The notes below the pieces were generated by a model. The model made no database searches, was not told where the DNA came from, and saw only the letters and a list, made by a program, of their open reading frames with translations. A stretch of 64,000 nucleotides of DNA, from assembly GCA_963667845.2 (NCBI GenBank), contig CAXXVL010000001.1:736001-800000 (forward strand), in the 5' to 3' direction. Each line of letters starts with the position of its first letter. Position 1 is the first letter of the stretch. Positions 39,724 to 48,633 of the stretch are shown here, piece after piece. The translations under genes and the position numbers were made by a program. The stretch is from Smithellaceae bacterium (lineage in GTDB: Bacteria; Desulfobacterota; Syntrophia; Syntrophales; Smithellaceae).

Positions 39724-40134
39724 TTACATTAAATTGATTTCCATTGCGCGGACGGGGCATGCGGAAACGCACAGTTCGCAGCCATTGCATTTCTCAGCAT
39801 CAAATAAAACCTTTTGCGTCGGTTTTTCGAAGGATAAGGCGGCGGTGGGACAAAATCCCGTACAGGCGCCGCAATGAACGCATTTGTCGATATTCTGGTA
39901 AACGCTTTTGGAAAGGGACTCAACTTTCAGCCCCATTTCCTTAAGGAAACGGATACCGCGGTCAAAATCTTCCTTTTGTCCGGACAGTTCCAGCACAATC
40001 ACACCTTCGCGCCTCGGAAAGATTCTGGCTTTCAGAATATTAAAGACGAGGTTGTGCTTCTGAGCCAGCAGATAAATGACCGGCTGTTGAACAATTTCCG
40101 GTGTATAGCGAATTACTATTTTTTTCGAATACAT
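39724..40134 (-). CDS. NIL domain plus 2x[4Fe-4S] ferredoxin protein
   Basis: QPVIY.L.....L.FNILKA; CVHCGACTGFCP and CNGCELCVSACP; start moved to ATG 40134 behind GGAGG. Confidence 0.85.
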   Translation of the reverse strand: MYSKKIVIRYTPEIVQQPVIYLLAQKHNLVFNILKARIFPRREGVIVLELSGQKEDFDRGIRFLKEMGLKVESLSKSVYQNIDKCVHCGACTGFCPTAALSFEKPTQKVLFDAEKCNGCELCVSACPVRAMEINLM

Positions 40135-40168
40135 AGCCTGAAAAGTGAAAACCCTCCGAATTTGCGGC

Positions 40169-40197
40169 ATGTTAAGAGATGCAAAGCATAATGTCAA
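40169..40197 (-). promoter_or_regulatory. Sigma70-type promoter of NIL-ferredoxin gene
   Basis: Minus strand TTGACA-17 bp-TAACAT. Confidence 0.6.
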
Positions 40198-40250
40198 GGC
40201 AATAGTTGCAGGGCTTTGCGATTCTGACCGGCTCCCTGAAACATTGAAAA

Positions 40251-40724
40251 TTATGATTTGTTTTTGGACTTTTTATCAACGGGATTCGGGTTGAACAAAT
40301 CGAAAAGGGACTTCATGGGAGACAGACCCGCGATCTCCTGCGGATTCACTTTGGCGTAATTCTCTCCGTATTCCAGCCATTTCTTAAATTGATCGTCGGC
40401 CATGTTGCGGACGAGCAGGTAATTACGGATGGTCTGCTCAAGATATTTCTCAAAAAAGTCCGTGAGTACATTTTCACCGTATTGAATAATCAGGTACAGG
40501 AGCGGAGGAGGCAGTAAATATTTCTTTTTGCGCGCCTCTTCCAGAACGATTTGGGTCAGGATTGCCGGGGTGACATCTTCGCCGGTTTTTGCGTCTGTGA
40601 CTTGAATGGGCCTTCCCTGGCGGATTATGTCGGTAACGTAATCAAGCGTTACATAAGCACTTTTCTCTGTGTCGTAAAGTCTGCGGTTAGTATATTTCTT
40701 CAGCTGCAGAATATTTTTGTCCAT
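40251..40724 (-). CDS. phaR: PHA synthesis regulator PhaR
   Basis: KKYTNRRLYDTEKSAYVTL, DAKTGEDVT..ILTQI; adjacent to pha genes. Confidence 0.9.
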   Translation of the reverse strand: MDKNILQLKKYTNRRLYDTEKSAYVTLDYVTDIIRQGRPIQVTDAKTGEDVTPAILTQIVLEEARKKKYLLPPPLLYLIIQYGENVLTDFFEKYLEQTIRNYLLVRNMADDQFKKWLEYGENYAKVNPQEIAGLSPMKSLFDLFNPNPVDKKSKNKS

Positions 40725-40902
40725 CCATCATTTCCCTCGTGGTAATCTATTACGCAATTACGTAAAACATTGCAACATAAAAAATTTTTAAAACTCGCTA
40801 TAAATACATCAAAAATTGTAAATAGCTGTAAATATTAAATAAAATATAAAAAATGAGGGCTGGTGTTTTTAAATAATTTATATTGCAATGCAACAATTGT
40901 GA

Positions 40903-40930
40903 TTGACAAGGGGAAAATACTGTTTATAAT
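40903..40930 (+). promoter_or_regulatory. Consensus sigma70 promoter of phasin-like genes
   Basis: TTGACA-16 bp-TATAAT followed by AAGGAG and ATG 40961. Confidence 0.75.
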
Positions 40931-40960
40931 TAGCCCAAGATAAATAAAGGAGTACTTGTC

Positions 40961-41254
40961 ATGCAAAATAAAGAATTAGCAAAGCAGATCATTGATTTTC
41001 ACAAGTCAGCTTTTGAAACCGGCATCGACTCGATGGTCAGGCTGGAGGAACAGACGTTCAGGGTCATGGATAATTTTCTGAGACAGTCCCCGTGGATTCC
41101 GCCCCAGACCAAATCAGTCGTCAATGAATGGTCAGACCTATACAAAAAAGGGGCGGCGGATTTTAAAGAGATTGCCGATCAGAATTATTCAAAACTGGAA
41201 GAAATTCTATCATTAGGTTGCGGAGTCTCCAAATCCAAGCCAAAGCAATCATAA
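40961..41254 (+). CDS. Phasin-like helical protein 1
   Basis: AKQIIDFHKSAF...P...W...YKKG...FK pattern shared with the next two ORFs; function from context. Confidence 0.65.
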   Translation: MQNKELAKQIIDFHKSAFETGIDSMVRLEEQTFRVMDNFLRQSPWIPPQTKSVVNEWSDLYKKGAADFKEIADQNYSKLEEILSLGCGVSKSKPKQS

Positions 41255-41266
41255 AGGGGTGACGCC

Positions 41267-41707
41267 ATGAATTACACACTGATAACGAGGCAACTACTGG
41301 ACTTCAATAAAAAAGCTTTTGACGATGGTTTCAAAACCATTCTTGCCGCGCAGGAGCAGGGTGAAAGACTGGCGCGCATCGCCTCGGAAAATACCCTCTA
41401 TTTTCCGCAAGAGGGCAAAAGAGCGATCGCGGATTGGATCACTGCCTATCGAAGGGGTTTGGATGAGTTCAAGTCAAATGTGGAAAGACGGTTTCAATTT
41501 GCTTACGATTGTCTTTCGGCTGCCGCCGATCAGGCTCAGTCATCACTCGCCGCGGTTATCCAACAGACAGGATCGGCTATGCCGACGGATAAAAGAACGA
41601 TGAAAAAGGAGGCTGCGATCATTAAGAAAACAGTCTCGCGGAAAACAGGAGCAAAGAAAGCGATCATCAAGGGCAAAAAAGCAGACAGACAAAAATCAAT
41701 AAAGTGA
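41267..41707 (+). CDS. Phasin-like protein 2 with Lys-rich tail
   Basis: RQLLDFNKKAFD...FPQEGK..I.DW...YRRG; tail KKEAAIIKKTVSRKTGAKKAIIKGKK. Confidence 0.65.
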   Translation: MNYTLITRQLLDFNKKAFDDGFKTILAAQEQGERLARIASENTLYFPQEGKRAIADWITAYRRGLDEFKSNVERRFQFAYDCLSAAADQAQSSLAAVIQQTGSAMPTDKRTMKKEAAIIKKTVSRKTGAKKAIIKGKKADRQKSIK

Positions 41708-41717
41708 GGAGGAAACA

Positions 41718-41978
41718 ATGGAACCTAAACAGATTGCAAAACAAATGGTGGACTTTAACAAAACAGCTTTTGATAATTCATTTGAGGCCATGGCCGTTAT
41801 TCAGGACCAGACGGAGAAAATGGTGACCGCCATGATGGAGCAGACGGCTTTTTTCCCGGAGGAGGGCAAGAAGCTGGTTAATGACTGGATCAAAACTTAC
41901 AAGAAGGGCCGCGAGGAATTTAAAGCCGCTGCCGATGAGAATTTCAAGAAGGTGGATACATTTTTTGCGAAAAAGTAA
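41718..41978 (+). CDS. Phasin-like helical protein 3
   Basis: AKQMVDFNKTAFD...FPEEGKK...DW...YKKG; GAGGAGG RBS. Confidence 0.7.
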   Translation: MEPKQIAKQMVDFNKTAFDNSFEAMAVIQDQTEKMVTAMMEQTAFFPEEGKKLVNDWIKTYKKGREEFKAAADENFKKVDTFFAKK

Positions 41979-41994
41979 GCTCTGTCAGCTTCAT

Positions 41995-42032
41995 TAAGAA
42001 AGCCGCCTCGATTCGTCGATGCGGCTTTCTTA
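41995..42032. terminator. Bidirectional terminator
   Basis: TAAGAAAGCCGC...GCGGCTTTCTTA between convergent genes. Confidence 0.75.
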
Positions 42033-42065
42033 GTTTCGGGCACAGCAAATATCGTCTGAACAATC

Positions 42066-42500
42066 CTATCCGACTTTGGGTGCTTTGGGCGGACTGACGA
42101 GCCCCTCGCCGTGAAGCACGGTAACGCCGTCCTGATTCACGCACGTGGTTTTCATACGGACGCGGTTTTTTTCGACATTCAGTTCCAGAATTTCGACGCG
42201 CGCCGTGATGGTGTCGCCGATGTGCACCGGTGCAAGAAAACTCAAGTCTTGCTTCAGGTAAATGGTTCCGGGGCCGGGCAGCTGATTGGCGATAATGGCG
42301 GAGATGAAACCCGCCGTCAGCATCCCGTGAGCAATGCGGGTTTTGAAAAATGTGTTCTTTGCATAAGCCTCATTAACATGGGCGGGATTGAAATCGCCGG
42401 TGATGCCCGCGTATAAATAGATATCCGTTTCCGTCACGGTCTTGGCAAATTCCGCCGCGTCTCCGACTTGAAGCCGGTCGATACTTTTCCCAGTGATCAT
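42066..42500 (-). CDS. phaJ: (R)-specific enoyl-CoA hydratase (MaoC family)
   Basis: GITGDFNPAH, RIAHGML, LPGPGTIY, FLAPV; located in pha cluster. Confidence 0.88.
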   Translation of the reverse strand: MITGKSIDRLQVGDAAEFAKTVTETDIYLYAGITGDFNPAHVNEAYAKNTFFKTRIAHGMLTAGFISAIIANQLPGPGTIYLKQDLSFLAPVHIGDTITARVEILELNVEKNRVRMKTTCVNQDGVTVLHGEGLVSPPKAPKVG

Positions 42501-42529
42501 TGATGATGTACCTCCTTAAAAGAATATAT

Positions 42530-42674
42530 GCTATTTCATTAAATTAAAGATGATATCGTGGCGGCTAGGAGGAGGCGACGAGGCGTATCTTGCATACGTT
42601 GAGGAAGCCTACGACCCCCTCGGCAGGGGGCACGCGACGCCAACAAAGATAGCGCTTTAATTTAGTGAAATAGC
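42530..42674. mobile_element. MITE-like element with 20-bp terminal inverted repeats
   Basis: GCTATTTCATTAAATTAAAG ... CTTTAATTTAGTGAAATAGC (1 mismatch); no ORF; internal hairpins. Confidence 0.7.
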
Positions 42675-43750
42675 TAGAACCAGCTTTTATGACTCCAAAT
42701 ATTCTCCTTCAAATCCTTAATATCGTCCTGCATGACCAGATACATGCACGCGTTCGCGATGGCCAGTCCGCCCTGGTAGGCCAGAGCCGTTACCAGCAGG
42801 ATTTCATCCTCCGCGAATTCCCGCTGCCGTCCGCTGTATACAATGAGGACGCCGATGACCTCCTCCTTGGATTTAACGGGAACATACAGCATGGAGACGA
42901 TGCCTTCTTCTTTCTTTTCTTTCTTGTACTGGATACCCGTGTCAGTGAGGACGTTTTTAATGCTGACGGTTTTGCCTTTCAGAGCTTCAGCCATGTTCTT
43001 GTCTGCCAGGATCGGTCCTTTATTCAGGTATTTTTCGCTCAAGCCGAAACACGCCACCCGTTTCAGTGTGCGTTTGTCCTCATCCAGCAATTGGACTGCT
43101 GCCGCTTTGAGGCGCAGCGATTTTACCAGATCCTGAGTCATCGCCTGCAGGATAGTCTTGACATCGAGGCTCTCCGAGATGCTGGCGGCGAGTTTCAGGA
43201 AAATACGGGATTGGTTGCGCAGTCGCTGAATCAGAAGAGCGTTTTCAATCTGCGAACCGCCGTGCTCAGCCAGGATGGAGAGAAAATTGATTTCATCTTT
43301 GGTAAACTTGCGGATGTCTTTGGTGTAAAGGCTCAGGATGCCCAGCATTCTGCCCTTGTCCAGGACCGGTACGGACAGAATCGATCCGATCCCTTCCGCT
43401 TTTTTTGCCTCCCGGTTCATCAGGCGCTTGTCGGCTGTGGCGTCGCGGAAATACATGTAGCCGTCCTCCAGCAGTTGCGGGCTGATTTTGACGGCGTGGG
43501 CGGGTCCGGCGTGGATGTATTTATCGGAAAGCCCGACCTGGACGACCGCCGCGTTGCTGATGGAGTCCTCCGAATTTTCATCCATGAGGAAGATGACGGC
43601 TGCCTTGGCCTTCAGGGTTTTCACCGCCGTGGACACCAGCAGGTGCCCCATTTGGAGATGGTCATCCGTTGCAGCCATATCCCGGCTCAGTTTGCTCAAA
43701 GCTCGAAAATAACTTTCTTCAGTTGACATGTTCTTCTCTCCCCCTGTCAT
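42674..43750 (-). CDS. Tandem GAF-domain protein without output domain
   Basis: Two internal repeats (LKAKAAVIFL..GLSDKY...EGIGSILSVPV..F..DEI / LRLKAAAVQL..GLSEKY...EGIVSMLYVPV..F..DEI..AIANA); alternative start 43729. Confidence 0.82.
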   Translation of the reverse strand: MTGGEKNMSTEESYFRALSKLSRDMAATDDHLQMGHLLVSTAVKTLKAKAAVIFLMDENSEDSISNAAVVQVGLSDKYIHAGPAHAVKISPQLLEDGYMYFRDATADKRLMNREAKKAEGIGSILSVPVLDKGRMLGILSLYTKDIRKFTKDEINFLSILAEHGGSQIENALLIQRLRNQSRIFLKLAASISESLDVKTILQAMTQDLVKSLRLKAAAVQLLDEDKRTLKRVACFGLSEKYLNKGPILADKNMAEALKGKTVSIKNVLTDTGIQYKKEKKEEGIVSMLYVPVKSKEEVIGVLIVYSGRQREFAEDEILLVTALAYQGGLAIANACMYLVMQDDIKDLKENIWSHKSWF

Positions 43751-45054
43751 ATGGCATCAGCAATTCTCTGGATCAGCGACATCTTTTTTTTACCGGAAGG
43801 CGCCCGATGGGTTGTTTTCCGTGCACTCGATGCTTTCTTCTTCACCTGTGCCGGTTTTGCCGCACTCTTTTTCTTAATCGTTCGTCTCCCGGGCTTGGCT
43901 TTATCCTTGACCGTCCGCTTTTTTTTGATGGGTATGGACTGCGGCATTGCCGCAGGTACGCCTGTCTCATCTAGGTCCCGTTCTTTGAGCCAGCGCACGA
44001 TCTTGGGGGCGAACTGCCGCTGAAACCGTGAACTGACGTAGATGCCGATATGTCCTGTTTCCAGACAAACATCCTCTACGTCTTTGCTACCCACGGCCTT
44101 CGTCAGCTGATTACAGGCTTCGGGAGGGACTAGATGATCATACTCTCCGAAGAAATTCAAAAGCGGCATCGTCAGCTTTCTCAATTCCACAAGTTTGCCG
44201 TCAAGGAGCATTTTGCTTTGAATCAGCAGATTGTTTTTATAGCAGTCTTCAACAAACTGCCGGAACGTTTCCCCCGGAACGTCGGGACTGTCGAAAATCC
44301 AGCGCTCCATGCGCACGAAGTTTTCCACAAAATCCTTGTTGTCCATATTTTCCATGAAGCCGACGTATTTGTCGATCATCAGACGGGCGGGGTTGAGAAG
44401 AAGAAAACCGAAATTCATCAGATCGCCGGGGATGTTGCCGAACGTGCGGATCATCCGGTCGACGTCAACATCCCGCATCCAGACATGCAAAAGGCCCTTG
44501 TCCGTGTCGAAGCTGGAAGGCGTGACTGTCGTAATCAGGTTCTTGATTTTTTCCGGATGCAGGGCCGCATACATGACGGAGAACGTGCCGCCCATGCAAA
44601 TGCCCATTAGATTGATTTTCGGGACATGGTGTTTTTGGCGGATGAAATCGACGATGTTGTTCATATAGCCGTTGACGTGATCGTCAATGGTCTGGAAGCG
44701 ATCCTTGCGCATGGGATAACCCCAGTCCACCATATACAGATCGATTCCCCCTTCCAGAAATGTTTTCACGACACTGCGGTCCGGCTGGAGGTCCAGCATG
44801 GTTTCCCGGTTGATCAGGGCATAAACCACCAGAAGGGGGACTTTTAATTTATTTTCGGCGTTTTCATTGCGGGTATAATGTTTGACCTTGACCCGGTCCT
44901 CCTGATAAACGATCTCATACGGCGTCCTGGCGAGTTCGCAGTTGAGATCGCCCAGGAGTACGTCGGAAGCCCGTGATGCGCGCTTTTGCGCTTTTTCCGC
45001 ATCCTCAGCCATCCTCTCCAGGATCAGATCAATCGGTATTTTGGTTTCATTCAT
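43747..45054 (-). CDS. phaC: Class III PHA synthase subunit PhaC with basic C-terminal extension
   Basis: PLLVVYALINR..LDLQPDRSVV, DWG, GICMGG, RMERWIFDSPD, DHLVPP, TGHIGIY. Confidence 0.93.
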   Translation of the reverse strand: MNETKIPIDLILERMAEDAEKAQKRASRASDVLLGDLNCELARTPYEIVYQEDRVKVKHYTRNENAENKLKVPLLVVYALINRETMLDLQPDRSVVKTFLEGGIDLYMVDWGYPMRKDRFQTIDDHVNGYMNNIVDFIRQKHHVPKINLMGICMGGTFSVMYAALHPEKIKNLITTVTPSSFDTDKGLLHVWMRDVDVDRMIRTFGNIPGDLMNFGFLLLNPARLMIDKYVGFMENMDNKDFVENFVRMERWIFDSPDVPGETFRQFVEDCYKNNLLIQSKMLLDGKLVELRKLTMPLLNFFGEYDHLVPPEACNQLTKAVGSKDVEDVCLETGHIGIYVSSRFQRQFAPKIVRWLKERDLDETGVPAAMPQSIPIKKKRTVKDKAKPGRRTIKKKSAAKPAQVKKKASSARKTTHRAPSGKKKMSLIQRIADAI

Positions 45055-45108
45055 ACCACTTCTTTCCTTCCAGAAATCCCCGGCCGCCGCGCGCCGGAAA
45101 ACCCGGGC

Positions 45109-46020
45109 TTACTTTGCGGCATTGAGCGCGTTGGGCGAAATGTCGAGGCGCTTTTCCAGTTCCCGCACCCTCTTTTTAAGCAGATGGAATTCCCGATACA
45201 TGTCGTCCATGTCCTGATGCGTGACAATAGGCAGCAGTTGAAGAAAATCGCGCAGGGCTTCATTCTTGGCGATCAGGAAATCCTCCAGTTTGTTGAGTGT
45301 GCGGTGCAGGGCGTCCGTGTATTCCTTGGACTTGAACAGATTCATATAGTGGCCTTCCAGGATCTTCAGCCACATGCCGTAACTTTCTTTTGTATCGCTT
45401 AGCAGGTGGCCTTCCTCCGCCATCTGCTGCATTCTTTCCTGAAGCACTTTGAAGGACTTCTCCATCGGCAGGTAAAGAATAGAGAGGAATTCGGCCAGCG
45501 TTGTTTCAAACAGGTTGTGTTTGTCGAGCATTTCGTTGAACCGCTCCTGATAGAAACGCGTCAGGCCCAGAGGCGGAATTTTCAGGTATTGCCGCAGCTC
45601 TTTTTCGTAGATGTCGGTCAGGGCTTTAAAGACTTCCTGATCCAGATTGTCGAAATTATAGGCCTCGGTGCGCTTGCCGATCTTTCCGGCCTTTTCCATC
45701 AGATGATTTTGGATCTGCATCGCGACATCAAAACCGGATTTGGCCATTTTCAGGAAGATTTCCGGCAGCGCACTTACCGAGTTGGCGGCAGCCGATGCGG
45801 ATTCCGGTTCACTCATCATCCGCGAAAAGGATTTGAGCAGATTCAAATTGGTCTGTAATTGTTCGGTGAAGCGGTTCTGCACGGCCGTTTGCGTCTTCAG
45901 GGTGGTGTCCGGGGCAGGCGGCATGGCTTTGGCCATATTGAGCCACATGTCCGCGGCGGTCTTCATCCACGGGAACATCGACGATTCAGTGAATGGGGAT
46001 TCTTTGTCTTCGTCAGCCAT
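45109..46020 (-). CDS. phaE: Class III PHA synthase subunit PhaE
   Basis: PPLGLTRFYQE, YGMWLKILEGHY..LF.S.EY, LPIVT..DMDDMYREFHLLKKRVR; directly upstream of phaC. Confidence 0.82.
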   Translation of the reverse strand: MADEDKESPFTESSMFPWMKTAADMWLNMAKAMPPAPDTTLKTQTAVQNRFTEQLQTNLNLLKSFSRMMSEPESASAAANSVSALPEIFLKMAKSGFDVAMQIQNHLMEKAGKIGKRTEAYNFDNLDQEVFKALTDIYEKELRQYLKIPPLGLTRFYQERFNEMLDKHNLFETTLAEFLSILYLPMEKSFKVLQERMQQMAEEGHLLSDTKESYGMWLKILEGHYMNLFKSKEYTDALHRTLNKLEDFLIAKNEALRDFLQLLPIVTHQDMDDMYREFHLLKKRVRELEKRLDISPNALNAAK

Positions 46021-46329
46021 GGGTACCTCATTAGTGAACTGCTGCTATTGTAAAAAGTGATTTAATAATTAAACTAGAAATAGCAAACGTTTGGGGTAAA
46101 TTATTTTCTTATTTATGAAGGTCGGGACACGGGGTTACGAGATCGTCAACCATGATCCGATCATAATCATTGCCAGTAAAAACTGGCTTATTTTTTAATA
46201 TACTGGACTCTATTTGTCAATGAGTTTCGCCCGCTTATATAGAAGGAGAAAGTGCGGGCATTTGAAAGATGCGGCCGGCGCAAGATGGCCGGCAGGTTTT
46301 TCAGGGACGGCACAGGCACAGGGGGCAAT

Positions 46330-48123
46330 ATGGTGAAAGAAAAGAAAACCGGGACGGAAAAAATAACGTCGGATGAACTCTTAAATGTGATCGGTGTGTC
46401 ACCTGCCGATAATATCGAGGACATTAACACGGCCCTTGCCTGGAAAAGCAAAATGATCGGTGGGCAGGTCAGAGGCCTTTTCGGCTATCAAAGGATTCTG
46501 GACGGCATCAGCAAGGACATGGCGCTGTTCGGACCATGGGCGATAGCCGCAAGCTGGCAAAGCGCCATGTTGGATACGGTACTGCGACCCATTAAAGCCA
46601 CTGCGCGCATTGCGGTCGGAGCGGGAAGAAATCCGGACGCGATTGCCGATACGAATGGCTGGATTTATAAAAATTATTCCCGATTGCTTTACACTCTGAC
46701 CGGTTTTTTTATTAAGGATGGAATATTTAACCGGGAAAAGGCCGAGCGGATTTGCACGACGCCCGCGGGTAAAGACTATCTGAAAAACTACATGGATGAA
46801 TTCGCACAGTTGGAGCACGCATACAGCAACATCGGCCTGACGCGCCTCAAGGCCATGAAGGAGCTGTTAAAATGTCTGCTGGTGGTCATTACCCAGCAGC
46901 CCTTTGTGGGCGGCTACCTGCCGTTTGCAAAGACCGATCCGGAAGGATCGCCCGCGACCTCTTTCGAGGATTATCTTGCTGAAAACCGCAGGCGCTTCGA
47001 GAATCTGGTGAGCGAAAATGCATTTGACATTAAGGAATATTCCGAAAGAGAGACCGCCGGTAATATCGGCTGTTCAGCATATGAATTTGTCGAAGGTTCA
47101 ACGCTGCACCGCGTCCGGCTGCGCCATTACCCTGTTCCGAAAGGCGTGAAGCGCAACGGGAAGGTCATCTACATGGTGACGCCGCTCATCAACCGGCCGG
47201 AGCTTTTTGACCTGGCGCCCGGCAAGTCCGTGGTGGAGGCGATGCTTAAGGCGGGTTACGATATTTATCTGGTCGATCACGGCGATCCGGGGTGGGAGGA
47301 AACCGAGTTAACGCTTAGCTTCTATGGAAAGATCATTCCCGACCTTTACATTGAAATGATCCACAAGCGGCATCCCGGCGAAGAAATATATATGATGGGC
47401 TACTGCATGGGCGGTACGCTGATCATGCCGTATCTGGCGAGGCGGGCCGAGGAACTGCTTGCGGCGGGGAAATCGATGGACATCAGGAAAATCGCTCTGA
47501 TGGCGTCGCCGGTAAAGTTTGACGATGGTGAAAGCGGACATGCGCCAATTCGCTCGCTCATCCGCCGCGACTACGATCCGTATCTGATGAAAGAACTTTT
47601 CGGTGCCGTCAATATCCCGCCGCAAATCATCGAAGCGGGAATGAATGAAATTCAGCCCGGTGTCCAGTACACGGTCGTTTTGGGTTTCTACGGCCGGGCT
47701 GAATCAAAAGAAGCGATCCGGGAAGCAGCGCCGTTTCTCTATTGGCTGACGCATGGAACAAAATTTCCCATCACCGCGCACATCCAGTGGATTCAAAATA
47801 TATTTATCGGCAACCAGATTTACGAGGGCAAATATTGCCTGCCCTCAGCCAATCCTAAATTTGATGGTAAACCGGTGAATATGAATATCCTGAAAAAAGC
47901 GGGCGTGAGAATTTTTGATTATAAGGGATCAAGGGATCCGATCGCGCCTGCCGGGTCCTGTGTGGCCGGAGAGACGTGGGGGCAGGTGGACAAAGGGAAT
48001 GTCCGTTTCACAGGCTCGCAGCTCAACCGGACGATCGAAAAAAATATCGGGCATATTTTTGTCGTCAGCCGTAAACACCTGGCCGAATACCTGCAACTTG
48101 TCGAGGCCTTTTACAAAGATTAG
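46330..48123 (+). CDS. Divergent PhaC-like alpha/beta-hydrolase-fold protein with long N-terminal extension
   Basis: PLINRPELFDLAPGKSVV, MGYCMGG, RDPIAP, GHIF; start uncertain (46252/46285/46330). Confidence 0.75.
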   Translation: MVKEKKTGTEKITSDELLNVIGVSPADNIEDINTALAWKSKMIGGQVRGLFGYQRILDGISKDMALFGPWAIAASWQSAMLDTVLRPIKATARIAVGAGRNPDAIADTNGWIYKNYSRLLYTLTGFFIKDGIFNREKAERICTTPAGKDYLKNYMDEFAQLEHAYSNIGLTRLKAMKELLKCLLVVITQQPFVGGYLPFAKTDPEGSPATSFEDYLAENRRRFENLVSENAFDIKEYSERETAGNIGCSAYEFVEGSTLHRVRLRHYPVPKGVKRNGKVIYMVTPLINRPELFDLAPGKSVVEAMLKAGYDIYLVDHGDPGWEETELTLSFYGKIIPDLYIEMIHKRHPGEEIYMMGYCMGGTLIMPYLARRAEELLAAGKSMDIRKIALMASPVKFDDGESGHAPIRSLIRRDYDPYLMKELFGAVNIPPQIIEAGMNEIQPGVQYTVVLGFYGRAESKEAIREAAPFLYWLTHGTKFPITAHIQWIQNIFIGNQIYEGKYCLPSANPKFDGKPVNMNILKKAGVRIFDYKGSRDPIAPAGSCVAGETWGQVDKGNVRFTGSQLNRTIEKNIGHIFVVSRKHLAEYLQLVEAFYKD

Positions 48124-48633
48124 ACCCATGAATGCAGGACCCGGTCACGCCGGGGCGTGTCATCGCTCAATGTCCTCGACTGTGGCGCCATGGCTCATTA
48201 CGCCGCAGCCAAAAAACTCACCGTTCGGGCTCAAACAGTTGGCCCTCTGATCTTCACCTTGGCGCTGCAGCGTCTCGGCCATCATTCGCTGAAGTTACGG
48301 GCCGTTGCAATGGCGGATTATACGGAAGGATTTAAGGTGAAAACGGAAATGCTGTAGTCGGTTCGTCAATTGTCAAAAATTCAAGATGCGATTCCGTTGC
48401 AACTGCCTTGCCCGCATTGATCTGTCCTAAAATCACCGAATTCGTGAACTCGCAGAACCGTTCCTTTTATTTCCTGATCTCCATAGAACGATGCAATTCA
48501 CAATATCAAGAATCAGTGCAAAAAAATATTGACAAACAAAATATGATAAGCAAGAGATGCTTGTCCGTTGAACGGATGAAGCAACTCTGCTTTTCGCCCG
48601 GCAGTATGACGGCAGAAGGAATACAAAAATTCA

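Noticed and set aside
48124..48633. Short ORFs or a decayed repeat in the gap after the PhaC-like gene
   Set aside because: No RBS-supported ORF, no second copy in the window and no clear terminal repeats
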